IMG/VR virus record: IMGVR_UViG_3300021335_000004
Origin: a virus
Length of the DNA stretch: 64,000 bases
Strand: one strand, 5' to 3'
The notes under the pieces are model-generated. The model made no database searches. It saw only the letters and a program-made list of their open reading frames with translations, and was not told the DNA's origin. Shown piece by piece: positions 56,287 to 64,000 of this stretch. Position numbers and translations under genes: made by a program. How positions within the stretch are numbered: the first letter of the stretch is position 1; each line of letters opens with the position of its first letter.

Positions 56287-57372
56287 CTATACAGAAGTTC
56301 CTGATCCTACTCGCTTAACTGCTATTAGCTGTCCTATATCAACCCCGTTTGAGTCTGATGAGAAAGAAAACTTTATAATATCTCCATATATTGTAGTAGC
56401 GGCACGGTTAGATCCTCCACAAGAATAACCATGAGTAGCACTGCCCACAGCACCGACAGATAAGTACGCATGTTGATCAGAGGGAGATAGTTCTGCTATA
56501 TCTATACCATTTGTATCTGAACTAAAAGGAAATTTATCTATTGCAGATTGTGTGTTTGTAGGAGTATATCCTCCATAACTATACCCGTGTGTGTCCGATT
56601 GTGTTCCACTACCTGTATAATGGGTGACAGTTAAATCCCCTACACTAGCAAGACTGCCTCCAGTTGAAAAAGGAAATTTATCTATTCCTGTTCCACCACT
56701 TCCTCCAGGACTACCAGAATGAAGATATCCGTGGGTAGGACTAGAGGAAGTATTAACCCAAAATTGATACTCACCGTTTTGTGTTACCCAACCTGGATTA
56801 GACATAGAATCAGAAGAATAATTAAACTTAGATGAATTGCCTCCTGCAGGACTTCTACCAAACCAAATACCATGAGATGGATCGGCGTTAATTCCGTACG
56901 AGTATCCGTGTAAAGGATTTGAGTATCCAGTAGTACTAGCACTAACAGAACCAGAAGTAGATGCAAAAGATTTTTTAAAATAAGTCCAACTACTTGTAGA
57001 TGGGTTATAGGCTGGGCCGCCGCCATAGTAACCGTCTGTTTCAGAAGACATACTTCCTGTAGCAAACGGATCACTTGGAGCGTTAAGTTCTCCAACATCA
57101 GTTGAATTAGAATCTGAAGAAATTGGAAGTCTCTCGATATTGAGTTGAACAGCGTTACCAGTGGTTCTTCCACCGACTATATCTATAGAAGTTTGTCCTA
57201 ATAATACAACAGGAGCGCTTGGGGCACCCCCACCGCCACCGCCGGCAACAGCAACATAATCAGCGGCTACAAACTCAAAACGAGAATTTGCAGCAATGTA
57301 AACTGCTTGCTGACCTGCAGAAACACCTGTAGTATCAATATTAGAAAAATCTACTCGTTTAATTCCGGCCAC
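56287..57372 (-). CDS. Kelch-like repeat virion protein
   Basis: HGY…IDKFPFS repeats. Confidence 0.75.
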   Translation of the reverse strand: MAGIKRVDFSNIDTTGVSAGQQAVYIAANSRFEFVAADYVAVAGGGGGGAPSAPVVLLGQTSIDIVGGRTTGNAVQLNIERLPISSDSNSTDVGELNAPSDPFATGSMSSETDGYYGGGPAYNPSTSSWTYFKKSFASTSGSVSASTTGYSNPLHGYSYGINADPSHGIWFGRSPAGGNSSKFNYSSDSMSNPGWVTQNGEYQFWVNTSSSPTHGYLHSGSPGGSGGTGIDKFPFSTGGSLASVGDLTVTHYTGSGTQSDTHGYSYGGYTPTNTQSAIDKFPFSSDTNGIDIAELSPSDQHAYLSVGAVGSATHGYSCGGSNRAATTIYGDIIKFSFSSDSNGVDIGQLIAVKRVGSGTSV

Positions 57373-57719
57373 TAGTCTCTCCTTTTAATGCCTCTTGTAT
57401 ATTTTTGTGATTTTGGCGGTGATTTTTTAGAACCGCTCGGACCTGCCCAGTATACTTTATCTGCCCAATAAGCTGCACTCATTTTACCTTTTGCAATGTT
57501 TTTTGCATGACGAGCCTTAAAAGACTTGCGAGCTTCGGGAGAATAATTGTGACCCATAGACGAATCACCAAAATGAATTAGTTTAATTTTTTCACCTTCT
57601 TTTGCAAGAACCATACCTTTTTTACCGTCTCTATCACTACGACGAGGCTTATTAAAGCCGTCGAAAGTACGTCCAGAATATTTTATCTTGCCAGAAGAAG
57701 TTCTTTCATATTTTGCCAT
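57372..57719 (-). CDS. basic conserved phage protein
   Basis: KLIHFGD…RKSFKARH…SAAYWA.K..W. Confidence 0.75.
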   Translation of the reverse strand: MAKYERTSSGKIKYSGRTFDGFNKPRRSDRDGKKGMVLAKEGEKIKLIHFGDSSMGHNYSPEARKSFKARHAKNIAKGKMSAAYWADKVYWAGPSGSKKSPPKSQKYTRGIKRRD

Positions 57720-57732
57720 GATATATCCTTTA

Positions 57733-59913
57733 TTATCCGTTAAATTCTGATGTCGGAGCTGTGAAGGCAGCAGTATATCTTGCTAGACCGTTTGTAATTC
57801 TAATATTTTGTAAGTATCCAAGAGGCGCATAAGATGCTATACCTACTCTGATACCGTTAGAACCGTTAAATTTTATTGTTGTAGAGTCTGACCACGATGC
57901 TGAAGAGAATGTTGATGGGTTTGCTCCTGTTGCAACATTATACTGTGTACCATCAACAAAGATTCTATTTACACCACCTTCTCTTGTCCACGCAATGTGC
58001 CTAAAATCAGTAGTAAAATCTGATTGAACCAGACTAATACTGTAAACCTTACTTGTACCACCAGCATTGTCAATAATAAATTGTAAATGATAACCATAAC
58101 CCGAATCTCCAAATCTTATAATAGCATTATCTGTGTTACCACTATCATCTTGTAATCTAAGGACAAAAGCGTATGCCATAGTAGAAGAAGTCAATTTACA
58201 TTCTAGTTCTAGTGTAAAATCGCCAGGAAGTTGGGCAAATTCTATCTCTCTTCCATCAAATAGTAAATAATCTGATCTTCCGGCAATATATAGTGAGGTA
58301 CCAGTGTATGCAACTTCTGAAGTGCTGGTGGTAATATTATTATATGCTGTTAACACTGGCGTAGAACCACTTGCATCATAGAACTTATTCTTATTTGTAC
58401 AGGTAAGTAGTGTTGTATTAGTTATTGGAGTTAACGGGGCAGTTGGCGGAGTAAATGCGGATGTATAAACTGCGGTTCCTTTTACAATTCTTACATCAGA
58501 CATGTATCCTTGAAAAAATATGGTGTCTTGACTGTATCTTGCTCCGATTGTGGTTTCAGTTGAAGAAGTGCTATAGTTAACAGAGTCAGTTTGTGTATTT
58601 AATAATTTACCGTTAATAAAGAAGTAACCTGTAGTACCTGATCTGCAGTATACTATATGCAGCCACCGGTTTTCAGCAGACCATTTATCAGTACCTGTTG
58701 AATAAGTATTACTTGATCCGTTATACCATTGTATTCTTCCGCCATTAGAAACATCTCTAAATAAACCCCAATTTGCAGTTCCACCACCTCTTGTGTCTAA
58801 TATTGCTATAGCACCTAGAGTAGTTGTGTGATAAACCCACATTTCCACTGTGAAATCACCAGTCCCAAATGCAATATCTGCACCTGGATTAAAATCTAGC
58901 CAATCAGTTGTTCCATCAAAGTATACAGAACCGCCATGTTCTGCTTTTGTATAAGGATAGTAGTTATAAGGTCCAACCCTTGTAGTACTAACATTAGAAG
59001 TAACAGTAGGAGCCCCATAAACACTTGCTTTGTCTGCAATGTAAGGTTCTCCATTAAAGTACAATAATTTAGTGGTAGCAAGAACAGTTAAAGGCTCTGT
59101 AGGAGCAGTAAAATCACTTGTATAAACAGCCTCTTCTGAATATCTAAAATCTCTCAGAAAACCTACAAATTCTCTATTATCAGAATTATAAGAGCTATTA
59201 CCTCCGCCTATATAACCAACAACTTGTTTATTAACACTACTACCAGACCACGTAGCTTGATTTTGTTGAGTGCCATCAAGATATGTTGTAAAGTTATTTG
59301 AACCGCTACCATTTCTTACTATTGCTACGTGGTGCCAAGTATCAGCAGTTATAGTACCACAAGATATTTGTACTTCCCATACGTTAATGTCAGCATCTCC
59401 TTGATAGAAAGTCATAACACCGTTAGTAGCTATAGATACTATAGTACCTTGTGCCGCCTGTGCATTTCTTTGAAGATATACAATCTGCGCTTGGGAAAAA
59501 TCAATTGAATTTACCCAAAACTCTAAAGTCCAACCCGTATTTGGTCCTAGTCTATATTCACTACCTGTTGCTGCAGGAATCGCAACTGAAGCATCTGCAG
59601 AGTTAAATTCAGCGCTATACCCACCTGGATGATATGGTGAAAATGCGGTTGAAGTTACATTACCATTTTCTGTAATAGTATGTGCGCTGGTAGAGGCATC
59701 AACTTGATTATCTGTTCCAGCTGGGTCTGCCTGTAATAAAAAATTTGTATATCTACTATCAGTAACAACAGAAGAATCTGGAATACTAAAAACAGGGTCG
59801 GTAGTAGGAACAAGCTCAATAGCATTATTTGCTGCAACATAAGTAAGCCTATGACCGTCTTTATCAGCCGTTTGTGCTCCTAACATTGTTAATGGTATAT
59901 TTGTAATCGTCAC
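57733..59913 (-). CDS. LamG/concanavalin A-like tandem-domain virion protein
   Basis: Three repeats of DFT.E.W…WHHVA..R…Y.S.FT.PT.P. Confidence 0.85.
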   Translation of the reverse strand: MTITNIPLTMLGAQTADKDGHRLTYVAANNAIELVPTTDPVFSIPDSSVVTDSRYTNFLLQADPAGTDNQVDASTSAHTITENGNVTSTAFSPYHPGGYSAEFNSADASVAIPAATGSEYRLGPNTGWTLEFWVNSIDFSQAQIVYLQRNAQAAQGTIVSIATNGVMTFYQGDADINVWEVQISCGTITADTWHHVAIVRNGSGSNNFTTYLDGTQQNQATWSGSSVNKQVVGYIGGGNSSYNSDNREFVGFLRDFRYSEEAVYTSDFTAPTEPLTVLATTKLLYFNGEPYIADKASVYGAPTVTSNVSTTRVGPYNYYPYTKAEHGGSVYFDGTTDWLDFNPGADIAFGTGDFTVEMWVYHTTTLGAIAILDTRGGGTANWGLFRDVSNGGRIQWYNGSSNTYSTGTDKWSAENRWLHIVYCRSGTTGYFFINGKLLNTQTDSVNYSTSSTETTIGARYSQDTIFFQGYMSDVRIVKGTAVYTSAFTPPTAPLTPITNTTLLTCTNKNKFYDASGSTPVLTAYNNITTSTSEVAYTGTSLYIAGRSDYLLFDGREIEFAQLPGDFTLELECKLTSSTMAYAFVLRLQDDSGNTDNAIIRFGDSGYGYHLQFIIDNAGGTSKVYSISLVQSDFTTDFRHIAWTREGGVNRIFVDGTQYNVATGANPSTFSSASWSDSTTIKFNGSNGIRVGIASYAPLGYLQNIRITNGLARYTAAFTAPTSEFNG

Positions 59914-60263
59914 ACTGCAAAACTTTCACCACAACCACACGATGCTGTAGCGTTAGGATTGACCACTTTTAAGTATGATCCTCCTAATTCCTTTACGTAA
60001 TCTATTGTACATCCTAAAACAAACATTTCAGCCATATCATCAATAACTAAAACATTGTCTACAAGAATTCCCAAACCTTTTATATCAGAAAAATCCCATT
60101 TATACTGAAAGCCACTACAACCACCCCCAGTAACAGATAAAAAGACATAACGCTGCTTATGATAGTCAGCCATCTCTTTCATATATGTTTTTGCGCTATC
60201 AGTTAAAATAACGCTAGGCGGTGTTATTTTATGCTCTTGTAATTGGTCTAATATGTTACCCAT
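59910..60263 (-). CDS. iscA: Fe-S cluster A-type carrier (IscA/HesB)
   Basis: GGGCSGFQY…NPNATASCGCGESF. Confidence 0.92.
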   Translation of the reverse strand: MGNILDQLQEHKITPPSVILTDSAKTYMKEMADYHKQRYVFLSVTGGGCSGFQYKWDFSDIKGLGILVDNVLVIDDMAEMFVLGCTIDYVKELGGSYLKVVNPNATASCGCGESFAV

Positions 60264-60465
60264 ATCTTCCTTTTTCTTGATATTGGTCATATAGTTTTTT
60301 TACTAAATTCCACTTATTAGTAGTTAGTTTGCCATACTTCATTTGATCTCTAATTAGACTACGTATTAAACGAGCGTCTGCATCTGTTAAATTTGGACGA
60401 CTCATAAAATAAGTTTCTAATTTTCTATCTATATAATTTTTACCCTTTTTCCACATATTTGTCAA
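60256..60465 (-). CDS. hypothetical protein
   Basis: ORF in operon. Confidence 0.5.
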   Translation of the reverse strand: MTNMWKKGKNYIDRKLETYFMSRPNLTDADARLIRSLIRDQMKYGKLTTNKWNLVKKLYDQYQEKGRYG

Positions 60466-60552
60466 CCTGTTTTATTTTAAAATTACATTATTAGTCAACT
60501 CTTTTTATTACTCGAAGACCGTTATAATTTTTTATTTCTTAGTCCAAGTCAT

Positions 60553-61233
60553 TTAAATTACTCCTTCTTTTTTCATTTTATGATATTGTTTAATTCTATT
60601 TTGTAAGTCAGAAAAATGATGTACTGCACTAGTTTCAAATATTTGTGGTTCTCCGTTTTCAACAGTAATAACAATAGCTAAATTTCTAATATCAGTTCCA
60701 TACATTTCGTTGTGCGCAAAAGCATACGCTGTTCCTTGTAAAAAATAATCTTTAATTTGTTTTACATATTTTTTACGGCGAGAAGTTTTAAAATCAATGA
60801 TAGCAGGTTTGCCTTTCCAAATACCGATCATATCTGAGCGTCCTGCATATTTTAATTTTTTACTCCATAATACAGCTTCTTGTCCCCATATTTCTTCTAC
60901 ACCTGTTGATACCGCTTTAATTAAGTTACGAGTCATCTGTGCGGTAACAAGTTCTTGTTTCGCTATTTCTTCTGTGACATCTTCGCCATTAAAATAATTT
61001 TCTGCTATTTCGTGAACAAGAGTTCCTCTATCGGTTGCTTCTTTTGATACACGTCTAGCCTCTTCTTCGCCTACCTTATCAATCCATGCCTGTAACCACG
61101 CTTTGTCTGCTGTTTTACCTAAAAGAGTAGTAATACTAGCATAATCCCCATCAGGAGTAAAGTAGGTTCTGCCTGTAGTAAGAGTTTCGGTTTTTACAGT
61201 TGTTGTATAATCGTATTTATCTAAGTTTTCCAT
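60553..61233 (-). CDS. PD-(D/E)XK exonuclease
   Basis: YASITT.L…RGT.VH…E…YAGRSD…IIDFKTS…Q..AY. Confidence 0.88.
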   Translation of the reverse strand: MENLDKYDYTTTVKTETLTTGRTYFTPDGDYASITTLLGKTADKAWLQAWIDKVGEEEARRVSKEATDRGTLVHEIAENYFNGEDVTEEIAKQELVTAQMTRNLIKAVSTGVEEIWGQEAVLWSKKLKYAGRSDMIGIWKGKPAIIDFKTSRRKKYVKQIKDYFLQGTAYAFAHNEMYGTDIRNLAIVITVENGEPQIFETSAVHHFSDLQNRIKQYHKMKKEGVI

Positions 61234-61375
61234 TATTTAAAATCCATGTTTTACTACAGTAATAACAAACTGCAATAGGTTTTTCTTCTGTTATATTAAT
61301 GGTAAATAAAGGGTGTGATTTATCTGGACAAGATAAAACTATGGGATCATTAACATAAATTATTTCTTTTTTCAT
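61217..61375 (-). CDS. zf-CHCC zinc-finger protein (leaderless)
   Basis: C…HP…CYYC; ATG 7 nt after TTGCTA-17-TATAAT. Confidence 0.7.
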   Translation of the reverse strand: MKKEIIYVNDPIVLSCPDKSHPLFTINITEEKPIAVCYYCSKTWILNNGKLR

Positions 61376-61424
61376 AACTATTATTATACTATAATTATGA
61401 ATTTTTAGCAAGTATTTTATGAAA

Positions 61425-61450
61425 GAAAGGGCGTCTAACTTAGACGCCCA
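61425..61450 (-). terminator. intrinsic terminator
   Basis: GGGCGTCTAA…TTAGACGCCC-TTTCTTT. Confidence 0.65.
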
Positions 61451-61486
61451 ATAACTAACCGTTTTCTTATCTAGTGTAAAAATACT

Positions 61487-61657
61487 CTATCGCTGTGTAA
61501 ATCCGTTTACTTCAGCATTTAAACGCTTTTCAAGTTCTGCTACTGTATAAACTGCTTCACGATACTTTAATGGTTGTCCCATAGGGGTGCCCGGCCATCC
61601 ACCAGTTTTTGCATCTGTAAAGTTCATTTTAAATATATTCTTTAATAATTTAGTCAT
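61487..61657 (-). CDS. microprotein (56 aa)
   Basis: MTKLLKNIF…GGWPGTPMGQPLKYRE…; GGAG RBS; not in the ORF track. Confidence 0.55.
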   Translation of the reverse strand: MTKLLKNIFKMNFTDAKTGGWPGTPMGQPLKYREAVYTVAELEKRLNAEVNGFTQR

Positions 61658-61826
61658 TTTTGTTCTCCATCATTAATTTTTTTGCTTGTTCGTAATAACC
61701 CATCTGTGCAAGCGCACTTGCTGCTCTTGCTTTGCCGATGCTTTCGGTTATGCTCATCATTTTATTTAGTGTGTTTGTTACTGCATCACAGAATGTGCAG
61801 TATGTTTGTGTCATTATCGCTTGCAT
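61650..61826 (-). CDS. microprotein (58 aa)
   Basis: …YCTFCD…GKARAASALAQMGYYEQAKKLM; AGGAG RBS. Confidence 0.6.
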   Translation of the reverse strand: MQAIMTQTYCTFCDAVTNTLNKMMSITESIGKARAASALAQMGYYEQAKKLMMENKND

Positions 61827-61984
61827 TAGTTTTTTACTCCTGTAATTGGTGCTTTACCTGTTAGTTTCATTTGACTGTACGCATATTGCCAGTCGTTTCC
61901 GTACTCTGTTTGTGCCCAACGTAATAAATCAGCATCTCCTGATTTATTATTAAATTTTCTTAACAAATTAATAAGATTTTTCAT
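61826..61984 (-). CDS. microprotein (52 aa)
   Basis: …LLRWAQTEYGNDWQYAY…; AGGAG RBS. Confidence 0.6.
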   Translation of the reverse strand: MKNLINLLRKFNNKSGDADLLRWAQTEYGNDWQYAYSQMKLTGKAPITGVKN

Positions 61985-61989
61985 TTTTA

Positions 61990-62135
61990 TCTCCTAAACT
62001 AGCACGTAGACGTGCTAATAGGCGCCGTGACAAGTTGTCGCAGAGCCTATATTTAATTTTAAAAATTTGCTTGAGGTTAGCAATACCTCGGGTCTTTCCC
62101 CGACGCTACCACTTTTAAGGCATGGGTTATGCCAA
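61990..62135 (-). promoter_or_regulatory. structured 5' leader of the microprotein operon
   Basis: Hairpins GGCAT/ATGCC, TCGGG/CCCGA, GAGGT/ACCTC, TAGGC/GCCTA, TAGCACG/CGTGCTA. Confidence 0.45.
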
Positions 62136-62142
62136 GATATAA

Positions 62143-62391
62143 TTAGTCAAATAAATGTACTAATTCTAGAACAGCTTGATTTTTCTCTTCTAGTTCTTCT
62201 TTATTTCTTTTATGAATAGCTGAAGCAGCTGCTCTAACTACAGACGGTGCTAAACCATAGTCTGCTTTAAGTTTTTTAACAACTTCATTAACTGTTTCTC
62301 TAGCTGCTTCAATCTCATACATCACATCAACAATAGAGTTAATTGCGGTTTTTACTTCATTTTTATCTAGTTGCACTATTGATTCAGACAT
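62143..62391 (-). CDS. T4 DsbA-like dsDNA-binding protein
   Basis: Size and helical pattern (…IEAARE…LKADYGL…HK.N..E). Confidence 0.55.
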   Translation of the reverse strand: MSESIVQLDKNEVKTAINSIVDVMYEIEAARETVNEVVKKLKADYGLAPSVVRAAASAIHKRNKEELEEKNQAVLELVHLFD

Positions 62392-62821
62392 CTGTTCCCC
62401 CTACTATTTTAAAACTTTGTCTTATAAATTCTGGTTTTTTTCTAATAATTTTTTCGTTTTCTAAATCTGACATTATGAGGTCAAACAACTCATCAGTAGA
62501 TTCTTTTGTTTCAAATAATGTATTATTAGCAGATACTCTTTGTAGTTCCTTAAAAATATCTACGTTCTGAGATAATACTTTTTTTAAAAGAGTATTGGCT
62601 ACTATTAAATTAGCAGATCCAACAGCTTTTGCATCCCATTCTTTTAATAAATCTTCGTACTCTTTATCATTAGTATCCTCGGTATATTCTGGAAGATCTC
62701 TATCATTTACTAATTCCCAAGTATCTGTTTCAAATAATAACCCCTTATCATCATCAAACAAATCAGCAGGATGGTCTAATAAAATAGTAGCTATTTTATC
62801 TTTTAAACTTTCATAATTCAT
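62384..62821 (-). CDS. hypothetical protein
   Basis: Coupled ORF. Confidence 0.6.
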   Translation of the reverse strand: MNYESLKDKIATILLDHPADLFDDDKGLLFETDTWELVNDRDLPEYTEDTNDKEYEDLLKEWDAKAVGSANLIVANTLLKKVLSQNVDIFKELQRVSANNTLFETKESTDELFDLIMSDLENEKIIRKKPEFIRQSFKIVGGTDV

Positions 62822-63678
62822 TTTTGTATACTGGGTGAAAAATATGTTGTTCTAGCATCATCAAGACGTAGTTTAACTACATCATTGCCATAAATATCTT
62901 GTTTTCTTCCATAAATCATTACTCTATTATCCCAACGTGATTCTAACATTTCTTTTGGTTGAGAAGGAAATGCTGTATATTTACCATGATTATTATACAA
63001 ATCACTATAGTTCCTTATAGTAGAACCCCCAGATTCATAACTACTCTTTAACACTTCTTTAACAGCAGTATATAATTTACTTAGTTCTTCATCAGAACAA
63101 GACTCAATAGTACGTCTTGGGTCAATACCAGCTAGGAATAGTGCTTCGCTTTTATATATATTTCCAACACCAGAAATATTTTTTTGATTCATTAAGAATT
63201 TTACCATAGAATTTGTATTCCGTCTACGACAAATTTTTAACCAATCTGACCATTGGCATGGATCATTTAGCATATCCGGGCCAATTTCTTTTAATTTTTT
63301 CTGTAAAGCAATATCTACATCGTCTCCTGTAAAAAACTTTAATGTTCCAAAATTTCTCATATCAGAATAGAAAAGTTCTGATTTGTCATTAAAAGAAAAT
63401 TTTACACGCGCATATTTATTAATTTCTGTTTTAAAAGTACCTGACATACCTAAAGTAATAAAAATTACTCCTTTAGGCTCGGTAGTCATATAAATAAATT
63501 TACCTTTATTAGAAACACTTGATATTTTTTTAGGCAGAGTTGAAGTAAAATCTACAAATCCTGCAGGTAAATTTCTTGTATATCTACCAGTAAGGGTATC
63601 AATACTCTCTAAAGTTTTATTAACGCTAAAATCATGTAATTGATTAGCTACAATAGTACATTCAGGGCCTTCAGGCAT
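62818..63678 (-). CDS. Fpg/Nei DNA glycosylase (zincless finger)
   Basis: N-terminal PEGPE, KGK, LGMSG, D.RNFG, H2TH NQ..ISGVGNIYKSE; no C-terminal Cys4. Confidence 0.92.
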   Translation of the reverse strand: MPEGPECTIVANQLHDFSVNKTLESIDTLTGRYTRNLPAGFVDFTSTLPKKISSVSNKGKFIYMTTEPKGVIFITLGMSGTFKTEINKYARVKFSFNDKSELFYSDMRNFGTLKFFTGDDVDIALQKKLKEIGPDMLNDPCQWSDWLKICRRRNTNSMVKFLMNQKNISGVGNIYKSEALFLAGIDPRRTIESCSDEELSKLYTAVKEVLKSSYESGGSTIRNYSDLYNNHGKYTAFPSQPKEMLESRWDNRVMIYGRKQDIYGNDVVKLRLDDARTTYFSPSIQK

Positions 63679-63925
63679 TATCTAATTTCCTTAAAATCTC
63701 ATAATAACATTTTGTTAATTCGGCATTATCTGTTTTTAAGATTTCTACCTCTTGAGTAAGAGACGCTATTTTTGCTCTAAGCTGTGGTATTTCATAATTT
63801 AGTAAATCTTCTTGTTTACCTCTAGAGTTTGTTCCAAAAAGAATTCTATCTTTTTCTTCTTTATCCCACGCTTCTCTAAGTTTTCTTTTCATATAGTTAT
63901 GATAAGATTCTCTTTTTTCGGACAT
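63671..63925 (-). CDS. hypothetical coiled-coil protein
   Basis: ORF in operon. Confidence 0.55.
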   Translation of the reverse strand: MSEKRESYHNYMKRKLREAWDKEEKDRILFGTNSRGKQEDLLNYEIPQLRAKIASLTQEVEILKTDNAELTKCYYEILRKLDNA

Positions 63926-64000
63926 TTTCTACAATCCAATCTCTATAGTTAGTTGAATTTTCTAAGAACCAAATTTCTTTTACTACTTCTTTTAGTGAAG

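Noticed and set aside
61990-62135. Cobalamin, SAM-SAH or c-di-GMP riboswitch
   Set aside because: Only partial resemblance; core conserved motifs such as the B12 box are missing.
1-64000. Alternative genetic code or stop-codon recoding
   Set aside because: Genes translate intact with code 11, all three stops are used, and no suppressor tRNA was found.

Overview
The window is part of a large, AT-rich dsDNA bacteriophage genome, most likely marine. The host may be an alphaproteobacterium, but that is inference. The left ~6.4 kb looks like a T5-type pre-early region: three A2-like paralogues, a PPK2, five intergenic IHF-consensus/GC-core repeats, then ~0.8 kb of non-coding DNA rich in GNA-triloop mini-hairpins. 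The rest holds FG-GAP, Kelch-like and LamG virion or receptor-binding proteins, many small early genes behind TTG(C/A)NN-17-TANNAT promoters, nine tRNA genes, auxiliary genes (Hsp20, PhoH, peroxiredoxin, IscA, ThyX, Fpg/Nei, a T7 0.7-like kinase), a tail fibre with an S74-type chaperone, and a lysis region. Three candidate undescribed systems stand out. (1) 39699-50269: a 14-gene opposite-strand operon with four radical SAM/SPASM enzymes, three Fe(II)/2OG-type oxygenases, a GNAT and a methyltransferase, built around a 199-aa protein ending in CHSSCHSNCHGSRGRR (RiPP-like modification). (2) 10510-11542: a stand-alone unit pairing a catalytic-core-only AsnRS-like enzyme with a chimeric long-variable-arm tRNA(GUU). 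(3) 28290-30110: five separately promoted, highly structured non-coding RNAs, two of which carry a covarying preQ1-I-like pseudoknot. All family calls come from motif recognition by eye; no database searches were run.
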